Part shown: positions 19,686 to 30,050 of the stretch, in pieces
Layout of the letters: each line of letters starts with the position of its first letter
Numbering within the stretch: position 1 is the stretch's first letter
From: an uncultured delta proteobacterium
GTDB taxonomy: Bacteria; Myxococcota_A; Polyangia; Polyangiales; Polyangiaceae
Reading direction: 5' to 3'
NCBI GenBank assembly: GCA_963841435.1
Contig: CAWJCS010000002.1
Location: 64,001 to 128,000 of the forward strand
DNA length: 64,000 nt
The notes under the pieces: generated by a model
Databases searched by the model: none
The model's input: the letters and a program-made list of their open reading frames with translations, nothing else
Told to the model about the DNA's origin: nothing
Translations under genes and position numbers: made by a program

Positions 19686-19814
19686 TGACCTGGCGGCCGG
19701 CGCGAATCTCGAATTTCATCACGAGCATCACGTCACGATGACGGCCCGCCCCGTTCGTGCGGCGCGGCGCTCGACCGGACGCAACACGGGCCGCGGAGTG
19801 CTACCCTGGCTCGC

Positions 19815-20969
19815 TTGGCCCGCGTTTCGCTCACCGCTTGCTTTGCGTTCGTCGGCGCGCTCGCCGTTTCGACGAGCGCGTACGCAAAGCCACCGATCCG
19901 CCTGCGAGTGCTCACCTGGAACGTGTGGGGTCTGCCGGCCGTTTCGACGAACCTCGAAGCACGCATGGCCGCGCTGCCGGACGCGATCACGAGCGTCAAC
20001 CCCAACGTCGTGCTCCTGCAGGAGCTCTGGGCCGAAGGCGACGGCGACCGGCTGACCGAGAACCTCGCTCACCGTGGCTATCCGTACGCCAGCCATCTCG
20101 CGCACACTGAGTCCGGGATGACGGGTCTGTTCGCCGCCTCCAAGCTTCCGCTCAAAAACGTCGGCTTCCTGCCGTTCGCGAGCGGGCGCGTCGGCCACTC
20201 GTTCTGGCACCTGGAGTGGATTGCCTCCAAGGGGGTCGGCAGCTTCCTCGTCGAGACACCGCTCGGCGAGCTCGCCGTCCAGAACACCCACCTTCAAGCT
20301 CAGTACGACACCGACCGCTATGCGGCGGAGCGGCTCTCGCAGGCGAGCGAAATCCTGTTGATGCACCAGGACCGCGCGCTCCCGCTCGTTTTGGCCGGCG
20401 ACTTCAACAGCGGCGCCGAAGAGCTACCGCGCCGAGCGCTGCTCGACCTCGATGCGCTGAGGGACACGACGCCGTCCCCGCGTCCGGACACCATTTACGT
20501 CCGGAGCGGCGGCAGCACGAGCATCCGTGTCCTCGACACGCGCCAGGCCCTCACCGAGGCCGTGAAGCTCGACAACGGTGCCACGGTCGAGCTTTCCGAC
20601 CACCCCGCCGTCGTCGTCGACCTCGAGCTCTCGTCGTGCGCGACGTGCGCGCCGGCCGCCGTCCCTGATTCGAGCATGCGTGAGACGGCACGCTCGGCGC
20701 TCATCGAGGCCGCTGCCATCACGCCGTTTCGCGTAGCGCTCGCGCTCTCCGCGGCCGCGGCGCTGCTCGCCGTCGCCGTGTCGTTGTTCCGTCGCACGCG
20801 CTCGCTCGGAGGCCGATCCCGGGGCTTTCGTCTCTTTCGCCAGATGAGCCTCGCCCTTTTGACGGCCGGCTTCGTCTGGATGACCTACCTCGGCGGCCTC
20901 TACTACCCGTCGCGCGCGAAGGCGCTCCGGCTAGTTGCCGGGGAGCTCGAGACGCTCCGATCCCGGTGA
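19815..20969 (+). CDS. EEP-family phosphodiesterase, neutral-sphingomyelinase-like, with two C-terminal TM helices
   Basis: LRVLTWNVWGLP, LLQELW, GLFAASKLP, WIASKGVG, NTHLQAQY, LAGDFN and LSDH; signal peptide; two C-terminal hydrophobic helices. Confidence 0.85.
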   Translation: MARVSLTACFAFVGALAVSTSAYAKPPIRLRVLTWNVWGLPAVSTNLEARMAALPDAITSVNPNVVLLQELWAEGDGDRLTENLAHRGYPYASHLAHTESGMTGLFAASKLPLKNVGFLPFASGRVGHSFWHLEWIASKGVGSFLVETPLGELAVQNTHLQAQYDTDRYAAERLSQASEILLMHQDRALPLVLAGDFNSGAEELPRRALLDLDALRDTTPSPRPDTIYVRSGGSTSIRVLDTRQALTEAVKLDNGATVELSDHPAVVVDLELSSCATCAPAAVPDSSMRETARSALIEAAAITPFRVALALSAAAALLAVAVSLFRRTRSLGGRSRGFRLFRQMSLALLTAGFVWMTYLGGLYYPSRAKALRLVAGELETLRSR

Positions 20970-21142
20970 CCCCCGCGGGGTCCAGCGCGTGAGCACGCTC
21001 GGACCCCCTCGAGACCGCGATCTCGGCGCCCGCGAAACCCCGTAGGGTCTCTCACGGTCGAGCGATTGGCCCACCCGTGATGGCGGGCGCCGAGCTCATC
21101 GAGGCCCGGCTTGCGCCGGGCATCGATGCAACGCGGGGCGTC
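20968..21142 (-). ncRNA. Candidate ~175-nt multi-branch structured RNA (3' UTR of the RRM gene)
   Basis: Nested stems cover almost the whole intergenic region, with GCAA and c(UACG)g tetraloops on the minus strand (see findings). Confidence 0.45.
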
Positions 21143-21502
21143 TTACCAGCGGTGACCGCCGCCGCCGCCGCCGCCGCGACGCGGGCCACCACGGCCACGG
21201 TCGCCGCCGCCGCCGCCGCCGCCGCCCCTGAAGCCGCCGCCGTCCGGGCGCGGCCGACGCTCCTCGGCGATGTTCACGCGGAGCGGACGCCCCTCGAGAT
21301 CGGCGCCGTTCAGCTCGTCGATGGCACGCTGCGCTTCCTCGTCCGTCGACATGGACACGAATGCGAAGCCGCGCGAACGGCCGCTCTCGCGGTCGATGAC
21401 GAGCTTGACCTCCGCGACCGCACCGCACTGAGCGAAGGTGCGTTGCAGCACGTCCTCAGTGGTGTGAAAGGAGAGGTTTCCCACGTAAAGCCTGTTGTTC
21501 AT
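21143..21502 (-). CDS. RRM RNA-binding protein with Gly/Arg-rich tail
   Basis: RNP2 LYVGNL, RNP1 RGFAFVSM and an RGG tail; AAGGA RBS. Confidence 0.95.
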   Translation of the reverse strand: MNNRLYVGNLSFHTTEDVLQRTFAQCGAVAEVKLVIDRESGRSRGFAFVSMSTDEEAQRAIDELNGADLEGRPLRVNIAEERRPRPDGGGFRGGGGGGGGDRGRGGPRRGGGGGGGHRW

Positions 21503-21700
21503 CAGCGTTCCTTTTGTTGCGGCCTTCTTGCGCCTGTGTGGCGCTCTAACTGTCCCGAGCCCGGAGACCGCGATCCCGAACGCCGGCTGGCAACGAACTG
21601 TCTTGCCTCACAGGCTTGGAAACGACTTTCCGCAATCGCCGGAGGGCGACGGACAGCCAGGCGGTTACCGAAAACGCTGTGTGGCGCCTCACATAGCGCC
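21503..21700 (-). promoter_or_regulatory. Long structured 5' leader of the RRM gene
   Basis: Four-way junction at 21597-21657, two GCGCCACACAG copies, and a GCGCC-ACACA-GGCGC hairpin near the RBS. Confidence 0.5.
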
Positions 21701-21742
21701 TCCGAAAGCGTGGCGCAACGGCGGCGCAGGGGGGGGTCAAGC

Positions 21743-21771
21743 TTGACTTCTACGCGAGAAAAACCTACTAT
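21743..21771 (+). promoter_or_regulatory. Sigma70-type promoter for the second RRM gene
   Basis: TTGACT-N17-TACTAT in an AT-rich patch. The -35 lies within the palindrome GTCAAGCTTGAC. Confidence 0.7.
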
Positions 21772-21972
21772 CTCTAGAGAAACGCGAGCGTTCTCGGCAG
21801 GATCCTGCTGCGTGGCGCTCGGCGCGCACGCGGCCCGCCCGGTGGCCGTCTGGCGTTCGACGGCGGCGTTCGGGCCGCGTCGAGGATTCGCCGCGGCTTG
21901 CCCGGGCCGTGAACCCTCCTCGATCACCCAAGCGGCGAGCCGCCGTGCCACCAGAACCAGCAGCGGAGCCCG

Positions 21973-22578
21973 ATGACGACCAAGCTCTACGTAGCGAGCC
22001 TGCCGCTCGACCCGAGCACCGACGACCTCACGGCGTACTTCGGCCGTTGCGGCGAAGTGCTGAGCGTCCGGCTCGTCGCCGACCGCGAGACGGGGCGCGC
22101 CCGCTCCGCGGCGATCGTCACGATGGGTGCCCACGGTGACGCTCGGCGCGCCGTGACGGAGCTCGACGGCATGGTCTACGAGCGCAAGGTGCTGGCCGTG
22201 AGCATCGTGCGCGAGCAACCGTTTGGCGACGACGATCGCTCCGCGAAGAAGGGCACGCCGCGTCGTGACCTCAAGGCACGCATCACGCAGCAGTTCCGTC
22301 AGCTCGAGAATCTGACGTACGAGCTCGACTGCGCGGGCACGCCACTCGTCCTCCGCATGTTCTTTCCACTCGAGCAGGGCCCCACCGGCCAGTGGCGCCT
22401 CGAGGCGCGGGCGAGCCATGCCGACGACGCTGCCGTCGTGCACGCCAGCGCCACGACGCGCCGCCAAGCTCTGCTCAACGTCGCGGCGCGCTGTCGTTCC
22501 GACGACCCGCTTCACCCTTTCCCCAACGTCGACTGGGAAGCCGTCGAGCAGGCCCTCGGCGACGTGCGCGCGCTCTGA
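21973..22578 (+). CDS. Degenerate RRM domain fused to an unknown C-terminal domain
   Basis: KLYVASLP and VADRETGRARSAAIVTM (RNP1 aromatics lost), plus about 110 additional aa. Confidence 0.85.
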   Translation: MTTKLYVASLPLDPSTDDLTAYFGRCGEVLSVRLVADRETGRARSAAIVTMGAHGDARRAVTELDGMVYERKVLAVSIVREQPFGDDDRSAKKGTPRRDLKARITQQFRQLENLTYELDCAGTPLVLRMFFPLEQGPTGQWRLEARASHADDAAVVHASATTRRQALLNVAARCRSDDPLHPFPNVDWEAVEQALGDVRAL

Positions 22579-22621
22579 GTCGCGTTCGAAGGCGCGGCAT
22601 CGAGCCGCCGTCGCGGCGCGC

Positions 22622-22730
22622 TCAGGGCACCGTGAGCGAGAGCACGTTTTCGTTGGGGTCTTTGAACCACGCCACCGCCCGAACGGCATCGGGCTCGGGT
22701 GTTGCTCGTCGACGACGACCCCGCGCAGCG
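22622..22730 (-). pseudogene. VOC/glyoxalase-family C-terminal remnant
   Basis: Not in the ORF track. The minus strand reads VAWFKDPNENVLSLTVP*, matching the AWFKDPDGNxL VOC terminus. Confidence 0.6.
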
Positions 22731-22940
22731 CCGAACGGGTCGACGCCGGCTTGCCCGCCGCCGAGCAAATCCGCCGCATCTTTCCACGGCAACGAGCGCT
22801 CATCGCGAGTGACGATGTCTTGGTCCGTTCATCGGTGCGCGATCATCGCCCGAGCCGCCGAGTTGCTCTTCGGACCGCGTCACACGAGCGTCACCGTCGC
22901 TTTGGTGGCCCGCTCGGTCGGAGATGCTAATTTGTCAGGT

Positions 22941-23726
22941 GTGTCCTCGTCGGAGTTCGCTCGCGAGTTCTTCGATACCGGCTACCTGGTCCTCAGGGGC
23001 TTCTTCCCCCAGGCCCAGGTGGCCGTCCTGGCGGCGGCCTTCGACCGCCTCGAAGCCCGGGCCCAATCCCTCACCTCCACGGGAAACGTCGGCGAAGCCC
23101 TGTTCGTGGTGGAGGCGGGGTCGTCTCCCGTGCGCATCGATCGCATCGTGTGGTGCGGGGGAGCCGAGCCGGTCCTCGGGGAGCTCGGCCGCGCGCCCCG
23201 GCTGCTCTCGCCCGTGGCGGCCCTGCTCGGGAGCCGCGAGATGGACCAGCTCATCAACCAGGCTCACATCAAAAACCCCGGGGACGGCGTGGCCTTCGCC
23301 TTCCACCAGGACAGCTCCCACCGCCGGTATGGCACGGACCTTTTCCACGACGTGAACGGTCGCGGCAGTTTCGTCCAGACCATCACCGCGCTCGACGCCA
23401 TGAACGAGGACAATGGCGGGCTGTTCGTGCTGCCCGAAAGTCATGGTCGCGGGCACGTGCCGACCCAGGACGGCCGCCTGCCCCCCGAAGCGTTCGACCT
23501 CTCGCACGCGGTCCCGCTGCGGCTCGACCCGGGCGATACGGCGCTTTTGAGCCCGTTCGTCGTTCACGGCAGCGGGCCGAACCACGGAGCCACCAAGCGC
23601 CGCTTGTTCATCAACGGTTTCGCCTCGCCCGGTGCAAACCGGCGCGAGTACCCCGGCGCCGGTCGCGGGCTCCGAGTCGTCGCCCCCGGAATGCGCAACG
23701 GCGTGGGCCCGTCGCGGGCGGCCTGA
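22941..23726 (+). CDS. PhyH-family Fe(II)/2-oxoglutarate dioxygenase
   Basis: GYLVLRGFF, FHQD, ALD...NGGL.VLP.SH, VHGSGPN and RR: HxD...H triad present. Confidence 0.88.
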   Translation: MSSSEFAREFFDTGYLVLRGFFPQAQVAVLAAAFDRLEARAQSLTSTGNVGEALFVVEAGSSPVRIDRIVWCGGAEPVLGELGRAPRLLSPVAALLGSREMDQLINQAHIKNPGDGVAFAFHQDSSHRRYGTDLFHDVNGRGSFVQTITALDAMNEDNGGLFVLPESHGRGHVPTQDGRLPPEAFDLSHAVPLRLDPGDTALLSPFVVHGSGPNHGATKRRLFINGFASPGANRREYPGAGRGLRVVAPGMRNGVGPSRAA

Positions 23727-23808
23727 CTTCGCGCGGCCCCTCCGGGCCGTGCGGGCTTGCCGGACGGGCGAGCGCGCCCTATGTACGGTCGAAATTCGGA
23801 GGAAGCCC

Positions 23809-24321
23809 TTGAATCCAGCCTTGATTCGCTGTGTCCTTGCCGCGAGCTTCGTGGCGTGCGGCGGCAGCCAGCCGCCCGCGGAGTCCGCGCCTGCGCCCGC
23901 TCCCGCGGCGTCGGCGCCGGCGTCGGTGTCAGAGCCGGTCGCCACCGAAGCCCCCATGCCTGACGCCTTCGACGACATGAACCGTGACCAGCGCATGACG
24001 TTCATGAAGACGAGCGTGATGCCCAAGATGCGCGAGCTGTTCCAGAACTACGACTCGGCTCGCTATGCGGACTTCGGTTGCGTCACTTGCCACGGTGCCA
24101 GCGCCAAGGACGGCACCTTCAAGATGCCGAACCCCGAGCTGCCGAAGCTGCCGAGCACGCCAGAAGGCTTCAAGGCGCTCGGGGAGAAGAACCCCGGCGC
24201 TATGCAGTTCATGGGCAAGGAGGTAAAGCCGACGATGGCCTCCCTGCTCCATGAGGAGCCGTTCGATCCGAAGACGGGCAAGGGCTTCGGTTGTCCCGAA
24301 TGCCACACGTCCGGGAACTGA
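23809..24321 (+). CDS. Diheme c-type cytochrome lipoprotein
   Basis: GGAGG RBS plus TTG start; lipobox FVAC; CVTCH and CPECH. Confidence 0.85.
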   Translation: MNPALIRCVLAASFVACGGSQPPAESAPAPAPAASAPASVSEPVATEAPMPDAFDDMNRDQRMTFMKTSVMPKMRELFQNYDSARYADFGCVTCHGASAKDGTFKMPNPELPKLPSTPEGFKALGEKNPGAMQFMGKEVKPTMASLLHEEPFDPKTGKGFGCPECHTSGN

Positions 24322-25055
24322 GCGAGCTTCTCGCGCGAGCCGAGCGGGTGCTCGCGTTCACGGGCGCCGGCGTGTCCACGGCGAGCAACATCCCGGATTT
24401 TCGAGGGCCAAATGGCGTTTGGCGCACGCGCACGCCCGTCGAGTTCGACGCTTTCATGAGCGACGAGGAAGCGCGCGCCGAGTACTGGTCCTTCAAGCTC
24501 GAGGCGCACGCCGGCTTCCGTAGCGCGCGTCCCAACGCCGCACACACCGCCCTCGTCGCGCTCGAACGTTTGGGCAAGCTCGAGGCCATCGTCACGCAGA
24601 ACATCGACGGTCTTCACCGCGATGCCGGCACCTCGCTCGAAAAGCTCGTCGAGCTGCACGGAACGCAAGCCGAGGTCGTGTGCATGAGCTGCGGGCGCCG
24701 CCAGCCCGTCCAGGGGCCCATGGAGGAGTTCGAGCGCACGCGGCGGCCGCCTTCGTGTGTGCCGTGCGGTGGCATCCTCAAGCCGGGCGTCGTCATGTTC
24801 GGCGAGGCGCTCGACGAAGACACGCTGCGGCGCGCGTACGCGGCCGCGCGGCGCGCCGATCTCGTGCTGTCGCTCGGATCGTCGCTCGTGGTCACGCCCG
24901 CGGCCGACGTGCCGCTCGTCGCCGCGCGGCGCGGTGTGCCCTACGTCATCGTGAACCGCGGCGCGACACCGCACGACGCGGTCGCCACCCTCACCCTCGA
25001 CGACGAGGTGGGCGCGGTGCTCGAGGCGGCTGTCGCGCCACTCGTTGCCGGCTGA
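24300..25055 (+). CDS. cobB: Sirtuin NAD-dependent protein deacylase
   Basis: FTGAGVSTASNIPDFRG, TQNIDGLH, ELHG, CxxC...CxxC, KPGVVMFGE, GSSLVV, IVN. Confidence 0.93.
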   Translation: MPHVRELSELLARAERVLAFTGAGVSTASNIPDFRGPNGVWRTRTPVEFDAFMSDEEARAEYWSFKLEAHAGFRSARPNAAHTALVALERLGKLEAIVTQNIDGLHRDAGTSLEKLVELHGTQAEVVCMSCGRRQPVQGPMEEFERTRRPPSCVPCGGILKPGVVMFGEALDEDTLRRAYAAARRADLVLSLGSSLVVTPAADVPLVAARRGVPYVIVNRGATPHDAVATLTLDDEVGAVLEAAVAPLVAG

Positions 25056-25100
25056 GCGGGCCGAGGCCGGGCACTCCCGGAACCGCCGCCCCGTGGCTCC

Positions 25101-25146
25101 CCATGTGTTGCCAAATGCAACATATGGTTTGATGCTATTTGGGACA
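25101..25146 (+). promoter_or_regulatory. Tandem enhancer-like (bEBP) binding sites
   Basis: Inverted repeat CCATGTGTTGC-caaat-GCAACATATGG plus a degenerate second copy TGATGCTATTTGGGACA, offset by 24 bp. Confidence 0.6.
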
Positions 25147-25185
25147 CCAGCTGATATTGTCCATGAAATCATTGTGTTTTTTGGA

Positions 25186-25201
25186 TGGCACGCGACGTGC
25201 T
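25186..25201 (+). promoter_or_regulatory. Sigma54 -24/-12 promoter
   Basis: TGGCAC-GCGAC-GTGCT, one mismatch to consensus, 29 nt before an ATG and upstream of a bEBP gene. Confidence 0.75.
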
Positions 25202-25229
25202 CAAGGGGTTGGCTCAAGGAGGCTTCCTC

Positions 25230-25409
25230 ATGAAGCACGTTCTCGGAAAATCGATCGCCATCGCGACCCTGCTCGCCATCCCGTCCGCCGCCATTGCGAG
25301 CACCCTTGCGCCACCCGCCAGCCCCATGGCTGACGAGAAGCCCAAGGCCAAGCCGAAGGCGAAGGACATGAAGAAGAAGGATCATCCGGCTCCGGCTCCG
25401 TCGAAGTGA
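25230..25409 (+). CDS. Small secreted Lys/Pro-rich peptide (59 aa)
   Basis: AAGGAGG RBS; signal peptide MKHVLGKSIAIATLLAIPSAAIA; mature part ...DEKPKAKPKAKDMKKKDHPAPAPSK. Confidence 0.75.
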   Translation: MKHVLGKSIAIATLLAIPSAAIASTLAPPASPMADEKPKAKPKAKDMKKKDHPAPAPSK

Positions 25410-25532
25410 CGGGTGGCCCGCGAGGGGTTCCAAGCGGGCAGAAATTCGAACGCCTGGCGCGCGCGGGGTCTCCAAGAGCCCCCGCGCGCCAGGGCGCAGG
25501 GGCGGAATTCGTTCGTCGCCGTCGAGGTCGCC

Positions 25533-25973
25533 ATGAAGAGCGTCGAGAACTACACCCCTTTGAGCCTTGCCGTTTCGCCGCGGGTTTTGCTGGCGGAGGA
25601 CGACTCGAGCCTGAGGATCTTGATCGCCCAGGCGCTGCGGCAAGATGGCGTCGAGGTGATCGAGATTGCCGACGGCAATGCGCTCGTCGACCATCTCGCC
25701 GAAGGGGTGGCGAAGGACGGGTCGCTCGACGGTTTCGACCTGATCGTTTCCGACATCCGCATGCCTGGCTTCAATGCCCTCGAAGTGATGGGTGGCCTGC
25801 GGCGGCTTCTCTCGCGCACGCCCGTCGTTTTGATCACCGCGTTCGGCGATCCGCGGACGCATCAACGCGCGAAGCAGCTCGGCGCCGCGGCCGTGCTCGA
25901 CAAACCTTTCGACATCGATCAGCTGCGTGCCACGGTGGCGCGCTTGCTCGAACAGCGGAGGGCGAGCGGCTGA
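25533..25973 (+). CDS. Stand-alone response-regulator receiver
   Basis: VLLAEDD, SDIRMPG, ITAFG, KPF. Confidence 0.92.
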   Translation: MKSVENYTPLSLAVSPRVLLAEDDSSLRILIAQALRQDGVEVIEIADGNALVDHLAEGVAKDGSLDGFDLIVSDIRMPGFNALEVMGGLRRLLSRTPVVLITAFGDPRTHQRAKQLGAAAVLDKPFDIDQLRATVARLLEQRRASG

Positions 25974-26042
25974 TGTGCCGTGCCGCCCGCGGCTTCTTCG
26001 CGTCTCGGGTGAGTGACGCCCCGCGCGCGCTATCTTCCGGGC

Positions 26043-28900
<2,858 letters not shown>

Positions 28901-28970
28901 CACCACTTTACCGGTGCCGGAGCGCTTCCGAAATGGGCTCGGGTGCCCGAGACCCGGCCGCGCGCACGGC

Positions 28971-29825
28971 TCAGCTCTCTTCGAGCAGGCCGCGGAGGCG
29001 TGCGGGCGCGATGCGGTACTCGTGCTTGCAGTATTCGCAAGAAATTTCGAGCACTTCACCACCTTCGAGCAAATGCTCGACGTCCGCCTTTGGCAGTGTG
29101 GCGATCGCGGAGACGACACGGAGCTCGTCGCACCAGCACTCGAAGCCGACGCTGCTCTCTTCGAGGCGCGTGAACGGCATGCCGTAAAGCAGCTGATCGA
29201 GCAGCCCCTCGGGCGAGAAGTCGGCCTCGCCGACGCGCTCGTCGATGCTCTCGAAGTCTCGCAGGCGCTCGGTCATGACCATCAACGGGCCGCGCCCGAC
29301 CTCGGGCAAGAGCTGGACCATGTAGCCCCCGGCCGCGACGACCTGATCGCCTTCGAGCACCGTGCTCACGGAGATCATCGACACGACCTGCTCCGAGGTC
29401 TGCATGTACTCCATGAGAGCCTGGGAGATGCCGCCGCCGCTCGGCAGCTCGACGATTCCCTGAGCGACGCGGCCGCTCGGTAGCGTGCGCATCATTTGAA
29501 TCACGGCACCGCCGTCCAGCCCGAGCTCGCCGCCCGGCTTGACCTGCACGAGCCCGCGCGTGCGCCCGGAGGGATGCGAGTCGGCGACGAGGCTGCCCGA
29601 CTTTCCCGCGCCCTTGAGCACGCCCTGCACGCGCAGCTGTGGGGCCATGGTTTCGCGGTACAGAATGGCGCCCGTGATGAGCTCGCCGAAGGCGCGCGCC
29701 GTGCCGCCCGTCGCGCCCTGGATCGCGACGGCGCCGCGCACGGTGTCGGTGGTGCGGGCGGTGATGACGCGAAACGCGCCGTCGTCCGTGATGGCGCGCA
29801 GCACGCTGTCGGACGAAGCCGCCAT
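28971..29825 (-). CDS. hslO: Hsp33 redox-regulated chaperone
   Basis: QGIVEL, YMQTSEQ, AAGGYMVQLLP, CxC...CxxC zinc motif (CWC, CEYC). Confidence 0.93.
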   Translation of the reverse strand: MAASSDSVLRAITDDGAFRVITARTTDTVRGAVAIQGATGGTARAFGELITGAILYRETMAPQLRVQGVLKGAGKSGSLVADSHPSGRTRGLVQVKPGGELGLDGGAVIQMMRTLPSGRVAQGIVELPSGGGISQALMEYMQTSEQVVSMISVSTVLEGDQVVAAGGYMVQLLPEVGRGPLMVMTERLRDFESIDERVGEADFSPEGLLDQLLYGMPFTRLEESSVGFECWCDELRVVSAIATLPKADVEHLLEGGEVLEISCEYCKHEYRIAPARLRGLLEES

Positions 29826-29864
29826 CATCAGATTGTACCACGCCCTAGCGACCGCTTCATGCGC

Positions 29865-30050
29865 TCAGGAGAGCTCCATCTCGTCGTCCGTTTCCCCGTC
29901 GGACGAAAGCGGTGTGCTGATGCGGTAGGTCCCGGTGAGCCAGTGGTAGAGGTCCACCTTCTTGCAGCGCTGGCTACAGAAGGGGCGCGAGGGGTGGTCG
30001 TCGGGGGCGTCCTCGATGACCGACTTGCAGATGGGGCATACGATGCGCAT
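29865..30050 (-). CDS. yacG: DNA gyrase inhibitor YacG
   Basis: CPIC...RPFCSQRCKKVDL..W...YRI. Confidence 0.92.
   Translation of the reverse strand: MRIVCPICKSVIEDAPDDHPSRPFCSQRCKKVDLYHWLTGTYRISTPLSSDGETDDEMELS

Noticed and set aside
19240-19741. Active RES-Xre toxin-antitoxin system
   Set aside because: The RES gene lacks its N-terminus and start, and no antitoxin gene is adjacent.
21022-21094. Hammerhead ribozyme on the plus strand (C-GAAAC-stem-GUC)
   Set aside because: The required CUGANGA core is absent (GUGAUG-G instead), and tetraloops favour the minus-strand fold.
21597-21657. tRNA gene (cloverleaf shape)
   Set aside because: Too short, with no T-loop GTTC motif, D-loop GG or 7-nt anticodon loop.
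24300-25055. Sirtuin as an anti-phage (Thoeris/DSR-type) effector
   Set aside because: It is a canonical zinc-binding CobB-type deacylase with no defence partners nearby.
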